Below, piece by piece: positions 1 through 7,710 of a stretch of DNA of 64,000 bases. This DNA is from Candidatus Woesearchaeota archaeon. Its GTDB lineage: Archaea; Nanobdellota; Nanobdellia; Woesearchaeales; JAGVYF01. Within the stretch, counting starts at the first letter, position 1, and each line of letters opens with the position of its first letter. Under the pieces are notes generated by a model. It saw only the letters and a list, made by a program, of their open reading frames with translations, ran no database searches and was not told the DNA's origin. The position numbers and the translations under genes were made by a program. The DNA is taken from NCBI GenBank assembly GCA_023264635.1, contig JAHFLT010000004.1, forward strand, positions 5,991 through 69,990, given 5' to 3'.

Positions 1-263
1 GAAACTGTTCACAATGTGCGAAAGATTACAATATCTATTTCAATCCGCCAAAAAAAGATACTCTCTGTGACACGTGTAACCAACAGCTCGTCCAGCGGCC
101 AGATGATAAAGAAGATATTGTCAAGCAGCGTATTATTGTCTATGAAAATCAGACACAGCCGCTTATTGCATACTACCAAAATAATATAGTAACAGTTACT
201 GACAACGGGAATGATTCTCCAGACAAGCTGTTCCAGAAAATAAAGAAGGCTTTAGGAAAATAA
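1..263 (+). CDS. adk: adenylate kinase, C-terminal part (5' end outside window)
   Basis: Frame 3 is open to TAA at 261-263. Translation NCSQCAKDYNIYFNPPKKDTLCDTCNQQLVQRPDDKEDIVKQRIIVYENQTQPLIAYYQ shows a CxxC...CxxC zinc lid plus the RxDD..E..V..R...Y...T.PL..YY pattern of bacterial-type Adk. Confidence 0.8.
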   Translation, partial: NCSQCAKDYNIYFNPPKKDTLCDTCNQQLVQRPDDKEDIVKQRIIVYENQTQPLIAYYQNNIVTVTDNGNDSPDKLFQKIKKALGK

Positions 264-1229
264 CGCCTTGCACAATGTTGTTGCATAACACCCTTTTGGC
301 AGGAAGAACGCAATTACAACCTTCTTCTTTCCGGGGAATATATCGTCTTCTGTTACATCATACGATAATGATGTCGCAGTGCACATTTTGTATCTCCTAC
401 TTCCCTCCACACTCAATTCAGGAAAAGAATTATTGACAAAGTCCCTGAAGGTAATTTGTTCTCGTTCCATGATTGGCATAATGACACTGTACTCCTGCGC
501 ATTCAGCTCTGTCCCAAAGCCTATCAGCTGTACTGTCTCCTGATCAATAAGTACCACATATTCATTCCATAGAGCAGATTGGTATGCGTGCATAAAGAAA
601 AGGAGGACTAGCCTCGGGATAGTTTTCAACGCGCCGACGTGATCATTCTGGTGTAGCTCTCTGTATTCTCGTACTCGGTGTTCGTAATCCCCCTGCGCAG
701 TAATTATCTCATCTACTGCTTCTTTGTATTTTCTCTTGAGAATAAGTTTCCCCACAACGACATTCTTGTGCGAAAAACGTTGTTCTCCAAAAAAATTGGT
801 GAACTGATATGTATTTTTACCCTGTATCCTCGTCTCAAACGATTGTAGCTGTTCAGAATCAATATCTCTGACAGTGATGACGAAAGAGTTCCCTTGCAAA
901 TCACCCAAAAGGAGCGGCTTGTCACCGTAACCAACGAAAGTCACTGTACAATGAGGATTAGAAAAACCAATTTCCTTTCCATAATTGTTTTCTTGTTCAG
1001 TCTCTTTCACACTAATGAACTGTTCAGTCATTGCTACTTTGTCTTTTGTGCCGCTGAAGCCGATGCTTTTCTCCGGGATATGCAGGTGACGTGTAAGGCA
1101 GTAGATAGCGGCTAATGTTGTCATGTTGCTTTTCCTTAGCAGCCAATAACTGTACAGTCCTCTCTCTGTTAAGGTGAAATTCGCTTTCTCCCGTACGATA
1201 AAGTCTTCTGGCTTATATTTGAGGAGCAT
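252..1229 (-). CDS. truD: tRNA pseudouridine synthase D (TruD/Pus7 family)
   Basis: 325-aa ORF with PEDFIVRE, GTKDKVAMTEQ (catalytic Asp motif), GNSFVITVRD, NFFGEQRF, AYQSALWNE and FFLPKGCYATT, matching TruD signature blocks in order. Confidence 0.75.
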   Translation of the reverse strand: MLLKYKPEDFIVREKANFTLTERGLYSYWLLRKSNMTTLAAIYCLTRHLHIPEKSIGFSGTKDKVAMTEQFISVKETEQENNYGKEIGFSNPHCTVTFVGYGDKPLLLGDLQGNSFVITVRDIDSEQLQSFETRIQGKNTYQFTNFFGEQRFSHKNVVVGKLILKRKYKEAVDEIITAQGDYEHRVREYRELHQNDHVGALKTIPRLVLLFFMHAYQSALWNEYVVLIDQETVQLIGFGTELNAQEYSVIMPIMEREQITFRDFVNNSFPELSVEGSRRYKMCTATSLSYDVTEDDIFPGKKKVVIAFFLPKGCYATTLCKALFS

Positions 1230-1251
1230 GAACTCAGTTCTCTGGGATGTC

Positions 1252-1263
1252 TTTATAAATAAA
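1252..1263. promoter_or_regulatory. shared TATA-like box between divergent truD and GGR genes
   Basis: TTTATAAATAAA is centred about 28 nt from the truD ATG (1229, minus) and about 25 nt from the GGR ATG (1282, plus). Confidence 0.5.
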
Positions 1264-1281
1264 TGTCTTTTTTTCAGCGCT

Positions 1282-2391
1282 ATGAAAGCCGTAGTAGTGG
1301 GTGCAGGACCGGCAGGTTCCTATATAGCTTATCTTTTGGCAAAGCAAGGTCATAATGTTACTCTTTTGGAAGATCATCCGCAAGTGGGCATTCCCGTTCA
1401 ATGTACTGGCATCGTAACACCAGCAATAGAAGAACTCGTCAAGCTACCACAATCCGTCATTAAGGCCCATCTTGCACGCGCCCGTATTTTTGCACCTGAT
1501 AACACTTATGTTGAAATTAAGATGAAACCCAATATTATTCTCTGTCGTGCAAGTTTCGACCAGTTCCTTGCACAAAAAGCACAGGATGCAGGAGCTGAGT
1601 TGCTCTTGTCGCATCGTTTTATTAGTCATAATGAAAAGACAATACATGTAAAAGATATTGCAAAGAATGAACTAAAACAGTATACTCCCGAGATTGTTAT
1701 TGGTGCAGATGGTCCCAGCTCCCATGTTGCAAAGTCATATGGATTTTATGGCAAGCGTTCATTCTTTCTAGGCGCACAGGCAACCGTAAAAATGACTGAT
1801 GCTGAGTCTATTGATTTTTATCCCACCCCTGAGGGCATTTTCTGGTCTGTCCCAGAGGGAAATAATCTGTACAGAGTTGGTGTTGGCGTCTATCATAATG
1901 CAAGTTATATTCTCCAGAACTTTTTACATACACGCTGCCCCAACAAACCAATTCTTGAATACCAGGGGGGGTTAATTCCCGTCTATGATCCAACTTTACC
2001 AATTGAGCAAGATAATGTTTATCTTATCGGTGATGCAGCAACGCAGGTAAAGGCAACGACAGCAGGTGGCATTATACAAAGCCTCACAGCAGCAAAATGC
2101 TTGGCGCAATCTATTGAAACTGGCGAAAGCTATACTACCTTAACAAAGAAAGCATTAGGCAGGGAGTTATGGCTGCATCTCAAAATTAGGGAGATTATGG
2201 ATAGATTTTCTCCCGAAGACTACAATAAGCTCATTGCGTACACAAACACGCCAAAAATCAAAGAGATACTTGGCACACATAATCGTGATAATCTTTTTTC
2301 ATTCTTCTTTAAGATGCTGTTGTACGAGCCAAGGTATATTGCTTTTGCGCGTAACTTTTTCAGTAAGCCAGCAGTGACACCGTTAACATAA
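1282..2391 (+). CDS. geranylgeranyl reductase family FAD-dependent oxidoreductase
   Basis: An internal ATG gives MKAVVVGAGPAGSYIAYLLAKQG (GxGxxG dinucleotide fold) and later IGDAATQVKATTAGGI (GGR-type GD motif). The ORF-track start at 1174 would run antisense into truD. Confidence 0.8.
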   Translation: MKAVVVGAGPAGSYIAYLLAKQGHNVTLLEDHPQVGIPVQCTGIVTPAIEELVKLPQSVIKAHLARARIFAPDNTYVEIKMKPNIILCRASFDQFLAQKAQDAGAELLLSHRFISHNEKTIHVKDIAKNELKQYTPEIVIGADGPSSHVAKSYGFYGKRSFFLGAQATVKMTDAESIDFYPTPEGIFWSVPEGNNLYRVGVGVYHNASYILQNFLHTRCPNKPILEYQGGLIPVYDPTLPIEQDNVYLIGDAATQVKATTAGGIIQSLTAAKCLAQSIETGESYTTLTKKALGRELWLHLKIREIMDRFSPEDYNKLIAYTNTPKIKEILGTHNRDNLFSFFFKMLLYEPRYIAFARNFFSKPAVTPLT

Positions 2392-2408
2392 AATATTTAC
2401 AAGGGCTC

Positions 2409-2428
2409 CATTCAAAAATAGGCATTCG
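2409..2428 (+). repeat. 20-nt exact repeat CATTCAAAAATAGGCATTCG (second copy at 30039-30058)
   Basis: Identical 20-mer at both loci. The unit ATAGGCATTC is itself duplicated at the 30-kb locus. Confidence 0.85.
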
Positions 2429-2495
2429 CAGCCTAAGATCAAATTCCCATTACTCCTTCTTTACGCTGACAAAGAGGGATCTCCATTCGGGAAAT

Positions 2496-2548
2496 GCAAA
2501 GAAGCCATAGGCTTCTTGCACAAGGAGAACAGTGGTTCTCCTTTGTGC
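2496..2548. repeat. twin-hairpin element, copy D (CAAAGAA/TTCTTG family)
   Basis: GCAAAGAAGCC-ATA-GGCTTCTTGC is followed by GCACAAGGAGAAC-AGTG-GTTCTCCTTTGTGC. The architecture matches 63628-63684. Confidence 0.75.
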
Positions 2549-2635
2549 CAGCTTTCATGTAAAGACAATAAAAACTTTGAAGCTGCTAGCCTAAGCGAAG
2601 CGATTTTTTGAATGGAGCAATCCACAAGCAAAACC

Positions 2636-2645
2636 TTATATAAAT
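2636..2645 (+). promoter_or_regulatory. TATA-like box for CDS 2665
   Basis: TTATATAAAT is centred about 25 nt upstream of the ATG at 2665. Confidence 0.5.
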
Positions 2646-2664
2646 CCAAAACCTCAATACCAGT

Positions 2665-4059
2665 ATGTCCGAGAGTGCTGCAGAGAAGTTGAAGAAATTT
2701 GGTTTTGATGAAGATACTATTGATCCTGACCAACCCGGATTTCCAAAGCCCATAAAACGCTTCAAAGTCTCATGGGAAACATTTGGGTTGAGCATAGAAG
2801 AGCCATATTTCTGGATGCTTGACCATCTCAGGGAGGCATGGGGTTTCAGCCAGATTGAGAAGATGCGGGATATTTTCACCGCAGCAGAAAGCAGTTCATT
2901 CTTCGGAGCGTCATATTCTAAAATGGGGATACACCAAGATAGGGCAGCTAATTATCTTTCTCTCATTGGAAAATTTGTAAATGATTTGTTCAAAATGGTG
3001 CGTGAACAGCGCATCCTGCGCATGCGCCTCGACATGTATGACCGTTTCAATAAAGGGGATAGAGCAGCAGATCAAGCGTTGAAAAGCATCTGGGTTGATT
3101 TAGTGGAGGGTGGCACAAAGAACCCGGCCTCTGTACTCGGACTAGCTCGCGAAGTAGGTTTCACTATCTTGCCTCCGCTTTTCTTCGGTACGTTTGTGGA
3201 CAAAGTGGAGAACGTTGAGAACACCACAAAAAACATGACGTACAATGAAGAGATCAAACGTATGCTCATGCGTAAACTCCACCAGTTCATTGTCTGGAAA
3301 ATCAATACAGAAAAGGAGCTGCGCCAGCGTGAGAAGTTTATGCGCACGTATGTCAAGCAGCATTATGACATTATTAAACTCTACATGAATTGGGTACGTC
3401 CATATCTTTTCCACGTTAAGAGGATGGGTATGGACCTCTCTCGGTTGTCAATGCCTGACCTGATATCCGCATTCGAAGGTTCCATAGTCGACATAGAAAT
3501 ACTCGCAAAAGGCAAAAAGGAAAAAAAATATTTTCCTGTTATTCTGCTTCATTTTTATTACCGTACCCGTCCAGCAATGGAATTTCATCAGGAGTACCAG
3601 CATCGTGGTCCTATACATGTTGGCCGTGTTGAAGTGACAGTTCGCGGTTACGTCTGGGACGATGAGATGGTAAACAAATATAAGCAGTATCGCCAGGAAG
3701 AGGATTTCGAGCTTCTGGGAACAATTAATAAATCTATAGCAGAGGCCATGGACATTTTCCGGGAAGACCTTAAGGATTATCTTACTGATTTGGGCGAAGA
3801 GTTTCCCGAAGGAAAAAAAGAAGAGCCGAAACCGATAACAAAGCCAGCATTCAGCGTATTTCAGCCATTCAGAGATCTTGCAGCTGGTTTTGATGAACTT
3901 GTTGGGTATATGCCCGGAGAAAAAAAATCAAGTAGTCCTTCAAAGAGGGATATTCTTGCTCAGGAAGATGAGAAGAAAAAGGTGCAAGAAGCATTGTTCA
4001 CTCCATTGTGGAAGAGCATCGAGTTCTATAAAAAATCTCACGGCATGCTTGCCTGGTAA
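2665..4059 (+). CDS. hypothetical protein, 464 aa, no recognised domain
   Basis: Long ORF with its own TATA box and a downstream T8 tract. The N-terminus is acidic and the C-terminus is K/E-rich. No TM segment, signal peptide or nucleotide-binding motif was seen. Confidence 0.6.
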   Translation: MSESAAEKLKKFGFDEDTIDPDQPGFPKPIKRFKVSWETFGLSIEEPYFWMLDHLREAWGFSQIEKMRDIFTAAESSSFFGASYSKMGIHQDRAANYLSLIGKFVNDLFKMVREQRILRMRLDMYDRFNKGDRAADQALKSIWVDLVEGGTKNPASVLGLAREVGFTILPPLFFGTFVDKVENVENTTKNMTYNEEIKRMLMRKLHQFIVWKINTEKELRQREKFMRTYVKQHYDIIKLYMNWVRPYLFHVKRMGMDLSRLSMPDLISAFEGSIVDIEILAKGKKEKKYFPVILLHFYYRTRPAMEFHQEYQHRGPIHVGRVEVTVRGYVWDDEMVNKYKQYRQEEDFELLGTINKSIAEAMDIFREDLKDYLTDLGEEFPEGKKEEPKPITKPAFSVFQPFRDLAAGFDELVGYMPGEKKSSSPSKRDILAQEDEKKKVQEALFTPLWKSIEFYKKSHGMLAW

Positions 4060-4069
4060 GCGGAAAAGC

Positions 4070-4101
4070 GTTTGCAAAATTAGTTTGCAATAGGTTTGAC
4101 A
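4070..4101 (+). repeat. three direct repeats GTTTGCAA / GTTTGCAA / GTTTGACA
   Basis: Copies at 4070-4077, 4083-4090 and 4094-4101 (spacing 13 and 11 nt), between CDS 2665..4059 and CDS 4216..6150. Confidence 0.6.
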
Positions 4102-4126
4102 AAGTAACAGAAAAACATCCTCATTG

Positions 4127-4134
4127 TTTTTTTT
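4127..4134 (+). terminator. oligo-T tract (T8)
   Basis: TTTTTTTT lies 68 nt after the stop of CDS 2665..4059. Archaeal termination typically uses oligo-T. Confidence 0.45.
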
Positions 4135-4215
4135 GTCTCACTGCCAGCCATTCGCTGAACATAATGCTTAAATACTCTCCCGACGATAGAATACCTTACT
4201 GCTAGATGTGAGACA

Positions 4216-6150
4216 ATGATATTCAACCAAGGGTACTACACGCCAATGGACAGGGAGTACGAGGTGATTAACTCTATACCAACTTTCCCAGATAAAAATG
4301 TAGGTGCACCTCTGTTGGGAGAAGGACCAGAAGTAGTGAAGCTTGGTCTTGGTCCCAAAGATATTGGCACTTCTGTCTTGATGCGTGAATCCGGAGCTCA
4401 AAGCCTTCAATCCAGAATCTTTCATGGTGCAAGCAAAGTCGAACTCGCATTCCTCGGCACAGGCAAAGGACATAGAGAAGCGCTTACTCCTGAGTCATTC
4501 ACAAAAGAAGAACGCGAAGCCATGCGACAGCTCGCACGTCTCAATAAAGTAGAAACCAGCGTGCATGCAGCAGTGGGTCTTGCAGGTGTATCCGGCTTAA
4601 GTGAAGGCAAGTTCGATGATATTGCACGGGAACAGGCGATTCACGAAATCAAACGAGCGATTGATTTTTCGGCAGATGCAACAAGTGGAGGTGCCATAGC
4701 ATTCCATACTGCTGAGTTTCCTCGTCCTGTTTCAGAGAAAGGCCCTTTTGAGATGTATCCTGGTGAGGCATATGAATGGAAAGACGGCAAGCGTGTACTC
4801 AAGGAAAAAACAAAGATACCTGTCTATCTAGCAGACACCAAGACGGGAAAGATAATTTCTATCCCTAAGGACCAGACATTTTATATTGCTGAAAAAGACG
4901 AAGCAGGCCATCTCAGGCTAGATCAACAAACAAAACAGCCACATTTGACACCGATGACCTACGACCAAATTATCGCAAAGGAACGGGAAGACCCTAAAAA
5001 TAAAGACAAAAAAGAGCACGAATTATTCTTAAGCCACTTTTATGATCAGCAGCTTGCCATGGAAGAAGGAGAAGCTTTGCGCCGTGTCTCTGAATTGCGC
5101 CAGATGAAAGAACAGCTCACCGAGCTTGAAAAAGTCAAGAATTTTGTGGACAAGAATTATTCACTTACAGAGGAAAGCAAGAAAGACGAGTGGCGCCGCT
5201 TTTTCGCAGGTGTCTTTGGTGAGCAGGCATATCGCAAGCCCATAGACGAGCTCAGAAAGCTTCCCGAAGAAAATGTTCGTGAATTACAGTTGGGCATAAA
5301 AGCAAGAGAAGATATAATTACAAGTCATTACCAAAAAGTACTGGAAATCAGGGAGCAGCAGAAGAATTATGACACCATTGAGAACGTTGGTGTAAAGAAA
5401 GCTGCAGAGTCCGTAGCAGAAGCTGGCATCTATGCGATGAAGCGCACAGAGGAAGCCAACAGAAGACTACTTGCGAAAAAAGAGGACACGATTAAACCCA
5501 TTTTCGTTTCTCCTGAAAACTTATTTCCTGAGACTTATGGGAGTCACCCAGATGAACTAAAGACCCTCATTCATGATTCACGCAAGAAGATGCAGGAGCA
5601 GCTGATGCAGAATGGCGTTGATAAGGATGCTGCTTGGGATAAAGCCCGTAATCATATCAAGGCAACATTTGACATAGGTCATATGAACATCTGGCGCAAG
5701 TACTGGGCAGACGACCCAAAAAAATCTCTTGAAGATAATGAAAAAGAATTTAAAAAATGGCTTTTGGACAAAGTGCAGGATCTTGTCAAGTCTGATGTTA
5801 TTGGTCATATTCACGTTGGTGATAATTTCGGCTTTCATGATGAGCATCTCGAAATAGGCAAGGGCACTGCTCCGATTACAGAGTTTCTCGATATGGCAAA
5901 AAAAGCAGGTGTGACAGATATCATCGTTGAACCAGGATCAACCAACTTCGAACGCATCTGGCCAGAGGCATTGGCTGAGCTCGGGAGCCCTATCTATGCT
6001 GCTGGAACCCGCATCCCCTATAACAATCCGGTATTGTTCGGCCAAATTAGAAATCAATATCATGGTAATATGATTTCCCCTTCTTATGTTGTAGAGCCGT
6101 ATGCACCATCAGAAGACTGGCGCAACTGGACTGGCATAGGTTTTGAATGA
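4216..6150 (+). CDS. xylose-isomerase-like TIM-barrel (endonuclease IV-like fold) protein with a large internal charged insertion
   Basis: N-terminal blocks SKVELAF, SVHAAVG and GGAIAFHTAEF, and C-terminal blocks ATFDIGHMNIW, IGHIHVGDN, HLEIGKGT and IIVEPG, resemble the AP-endonuclease-2 / sugar phosphate isomerase barrel. About 250-270 K/E-rich residues sit between the two halves. Confidence 0.55.
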   Translation: MIFNQGYYTPMDREYEVINSIPTFPDKNVGAPLLGEGPEVVKLGLGPKDIGTSVLMRESGAQSLQSRIFHGASKVELAFLGTGKGHREALTPESFTKEEREAMRQLARLNKVETSVHAAVGLAGVSGLSEGKFDDIAREQAIHEIKRAIDFSADATSGGAIAFHTAEFPRPVSEKGPFEMYPGEAYEWKDGKRVLKEKTKIPVYLADTKTGKIISIPKDQTFYIAEKDEAGHLRLDQQTKQPHLTPMTYDQIIAKEREDPKNKDKKEHELFLSHFYDQQLAMEEGEALRRVSELRQMKEQLTELEKVKNFVDKNYSLTEESKKDEWRRFFAGVFGEQAYRKPIDELRKLPEENVRELQLGIKAREDIITSHYQKVLEIREQQKNYDTIENVGVKKAAESVAEAGIYAMKRTEEANRRLLAKKEDTIKPIFVSPENLFPETYGSHPDELKTLIHDSRKKMQEQLMQNGVDKDAAWDKARNHIKATFDIGHMNIWRKYWADDPKKSLEDNEKEFKKWLLDKVQDLVKSDVIGHIHVGDNFGFHDEHLEIGKGTAPITEFLDMAKKAGVTDIIVEPGSTNFERIWPEALAELGSPIYAAGTRIPYNNPVLFGQIRNQYHGNMISPSYVVEPYAPSEDWRNWTGIGFE

Positions 6151-6327
6151 TATAGTAGCGTTCAAAAATTTCATTTGCCACTCTTAATGGAGAGCATATA
6201 CACATCCTTGGAAAAGCGACACAGAAGAGTTCTAAATCGCAGTCGCAGGTCTCCTCATTTTCCCAGGTTTTTTGTGTCGAGCAGAGCATTAGCGAAGGCG
6301 AGATCACAAAAAAGCTGAGCGCAAAGC

Positions 6328-6336
6328 TATTTATAG
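6328..6336 (+). promoter_or_regulatory. TATA-like box for tldD
   Basis: TATTTATAG is centred about 26 nt upstream of the ATG at 6358. Confidence 0.5.
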
Positions 6337-6357
6337 CGCATCCTTTTCTAAACATCC

Positions 6358-7710
6358 ATGCTAGATAAAATCAGGCAGCTCCTAGAGAAACAAGATATCC
6401 GTTACTGGGAATTCCGCCAAGAGGAAGTTGTCACGACATCGACAACTGCATGGAATGGCACTATTAAGGATATGAGTAGTGGCGCTAAGGAAGGTGCGAG
6501 TCTTCGTATTCTGTGTGGCAATGGGTGGGGTTTTGCACACTCTTCATGTCCAGATGCGCAAAAACTTGTGCAACAAGCAGTTACTCTGGCAAAGGCAATG
6601 GATCGCTATGGTCAAAAGAAAGATGTTGCATTCACTAAAACACTGAAAAAAAAAGTTGAGAGCAACTACACCAAGCATCCAAACACAGTGTCACTTGAAG
6701 AAAAACGAGACTTAGTTCTCAAGGCAAGTAAGCTACCTGAAAAAATAAATAATCTGCGTGTCGTTTATACAGACAATATTAAAAAAAAAATGTATACAAA
6801 CTCCGAAGGATCAGAGATTATACAAAAGCTTTGTTATACCTATTATGGTGCTGAGGCTACTGCCGCAGTAGGTGACAGGATGGAATCAGCATATAAGGCA
6901 CATGGCGCTTTACGTGGCTACGAGATTACAGACGGCCTTATGGACACTGTTACAGAAGCATGCACTATTGCGCGCAATCTTTTAAGTGCATCAGTTCCGA
7001 AGGGAGGCACATATCCCGTCATCATCGATGGCACACTCACGAGTGTTTTCGTTCACGAAGCACTCGGTCACGCTACAGAAGCAGATAATCTTCTGAGCAA
7101 CAGCACGTGTCTGGCAGGCAACGAAAACAAACAGGTAGGCAGTGAAGATGTAACTGTTTTTGACGATGGCACTGTTCCTGATTCATGGGGGTCATTCTTC
7201 TACGATGATGAGGGTGTTCCAGCCCACAAGACAAAGATAATGGATAAAGGAGTATTTTCCTCTTATCTTCACTCTCGGGAAACAGCAGCGCTGACAAAAA
7301 ACCAGTTGACTGGCAATGCGCGTGCGCAAAGCAGTGCATACCTTCCTCTTGTGCGGATGAGTAATACATACATCCAACCGGGAGATGCTGATTTTGATGA
7401 GATGGTAGCTGAAGTGAAGAATGGCATTTATCTACGTGGCAGCAAAGGTGGGCAAGTTGACCCAATTACAGGAAATTTTCAGTTCTCTGCCCAGGATGGA
7501 TTCTCCATAAAGAATGGTGAGCTCGCTGGTTATCTTAGGGCAGTTTCACTTGCTGGTAATACGCTTGCTATTGTGAAAAATATTTCTCTTGTTCAGGAGA
7601 AATACGAAGATGGTTTTTCTGGCCACTGCGGTAAAAATGATCAGTCCGTGCCAGTACAAGGTAATAATCCCAGCATATCCATCACCAAAGCAACAGTAGG
7701 TGGCTCGTGA
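6358..7710 (+). CDS. tldD: TldD family metalloprotease
   Basis: 450 aa with HEALGHATEAD (the HExxxH motif typical of TldD). The adjacent pmbA overlaps it by 4 nt. Confidence 0.85.
   Translation: MLDKIRQLLEKQDIRYWEFRQEEVVTTSTTAWNGTIKDMSSGAKEGASLRILCGNGWGFAHSSCPDAQKLVQQAVTLAKAMDRYGQKKDVAFTKTLKKKVESNYTKHPNTVSLEEKRDLVLKASKLPEKINNLRVVYTDNIKKKMYTNSEGSEIIQKLCYTYYGAEATAAVGDRMESAYKAHGALRGYEITDGLMDTVTEACTIARNLLSASVPKGGTYPVIIDGTLTSVFVHEALGHATEADNLLSNSTCLAGNENKQVGSEDVTVFDDGTVPDSWGSFFYDDEGVPAHKTKIMDKGVFSSYLHSRETAALTKNQLTGNARAQSSAYLPLVRMSNTYIQPGDADFDEMVAEVKNGIYLRGSKGGQVDPITGNFQFSAQDGFSIKNGELAGYLRAVSLAGNTLAIVKNISLVQEKYEDGFSGHCGKNDQSVPVQGNNPSISITKATVGGS

Noticed and set aside
1174-1281. N-terminal extension of the GGR ORF. 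The same applies to 42165..42458 for nop5, 50976..51119 for the lipoprotein and 50974..51036 for rfcL.
   Set aside because: The extensions overlap the divergent neighbouring gene or promoter and lack conservation. The internal ATGs have TATA boxes at the expected distance.
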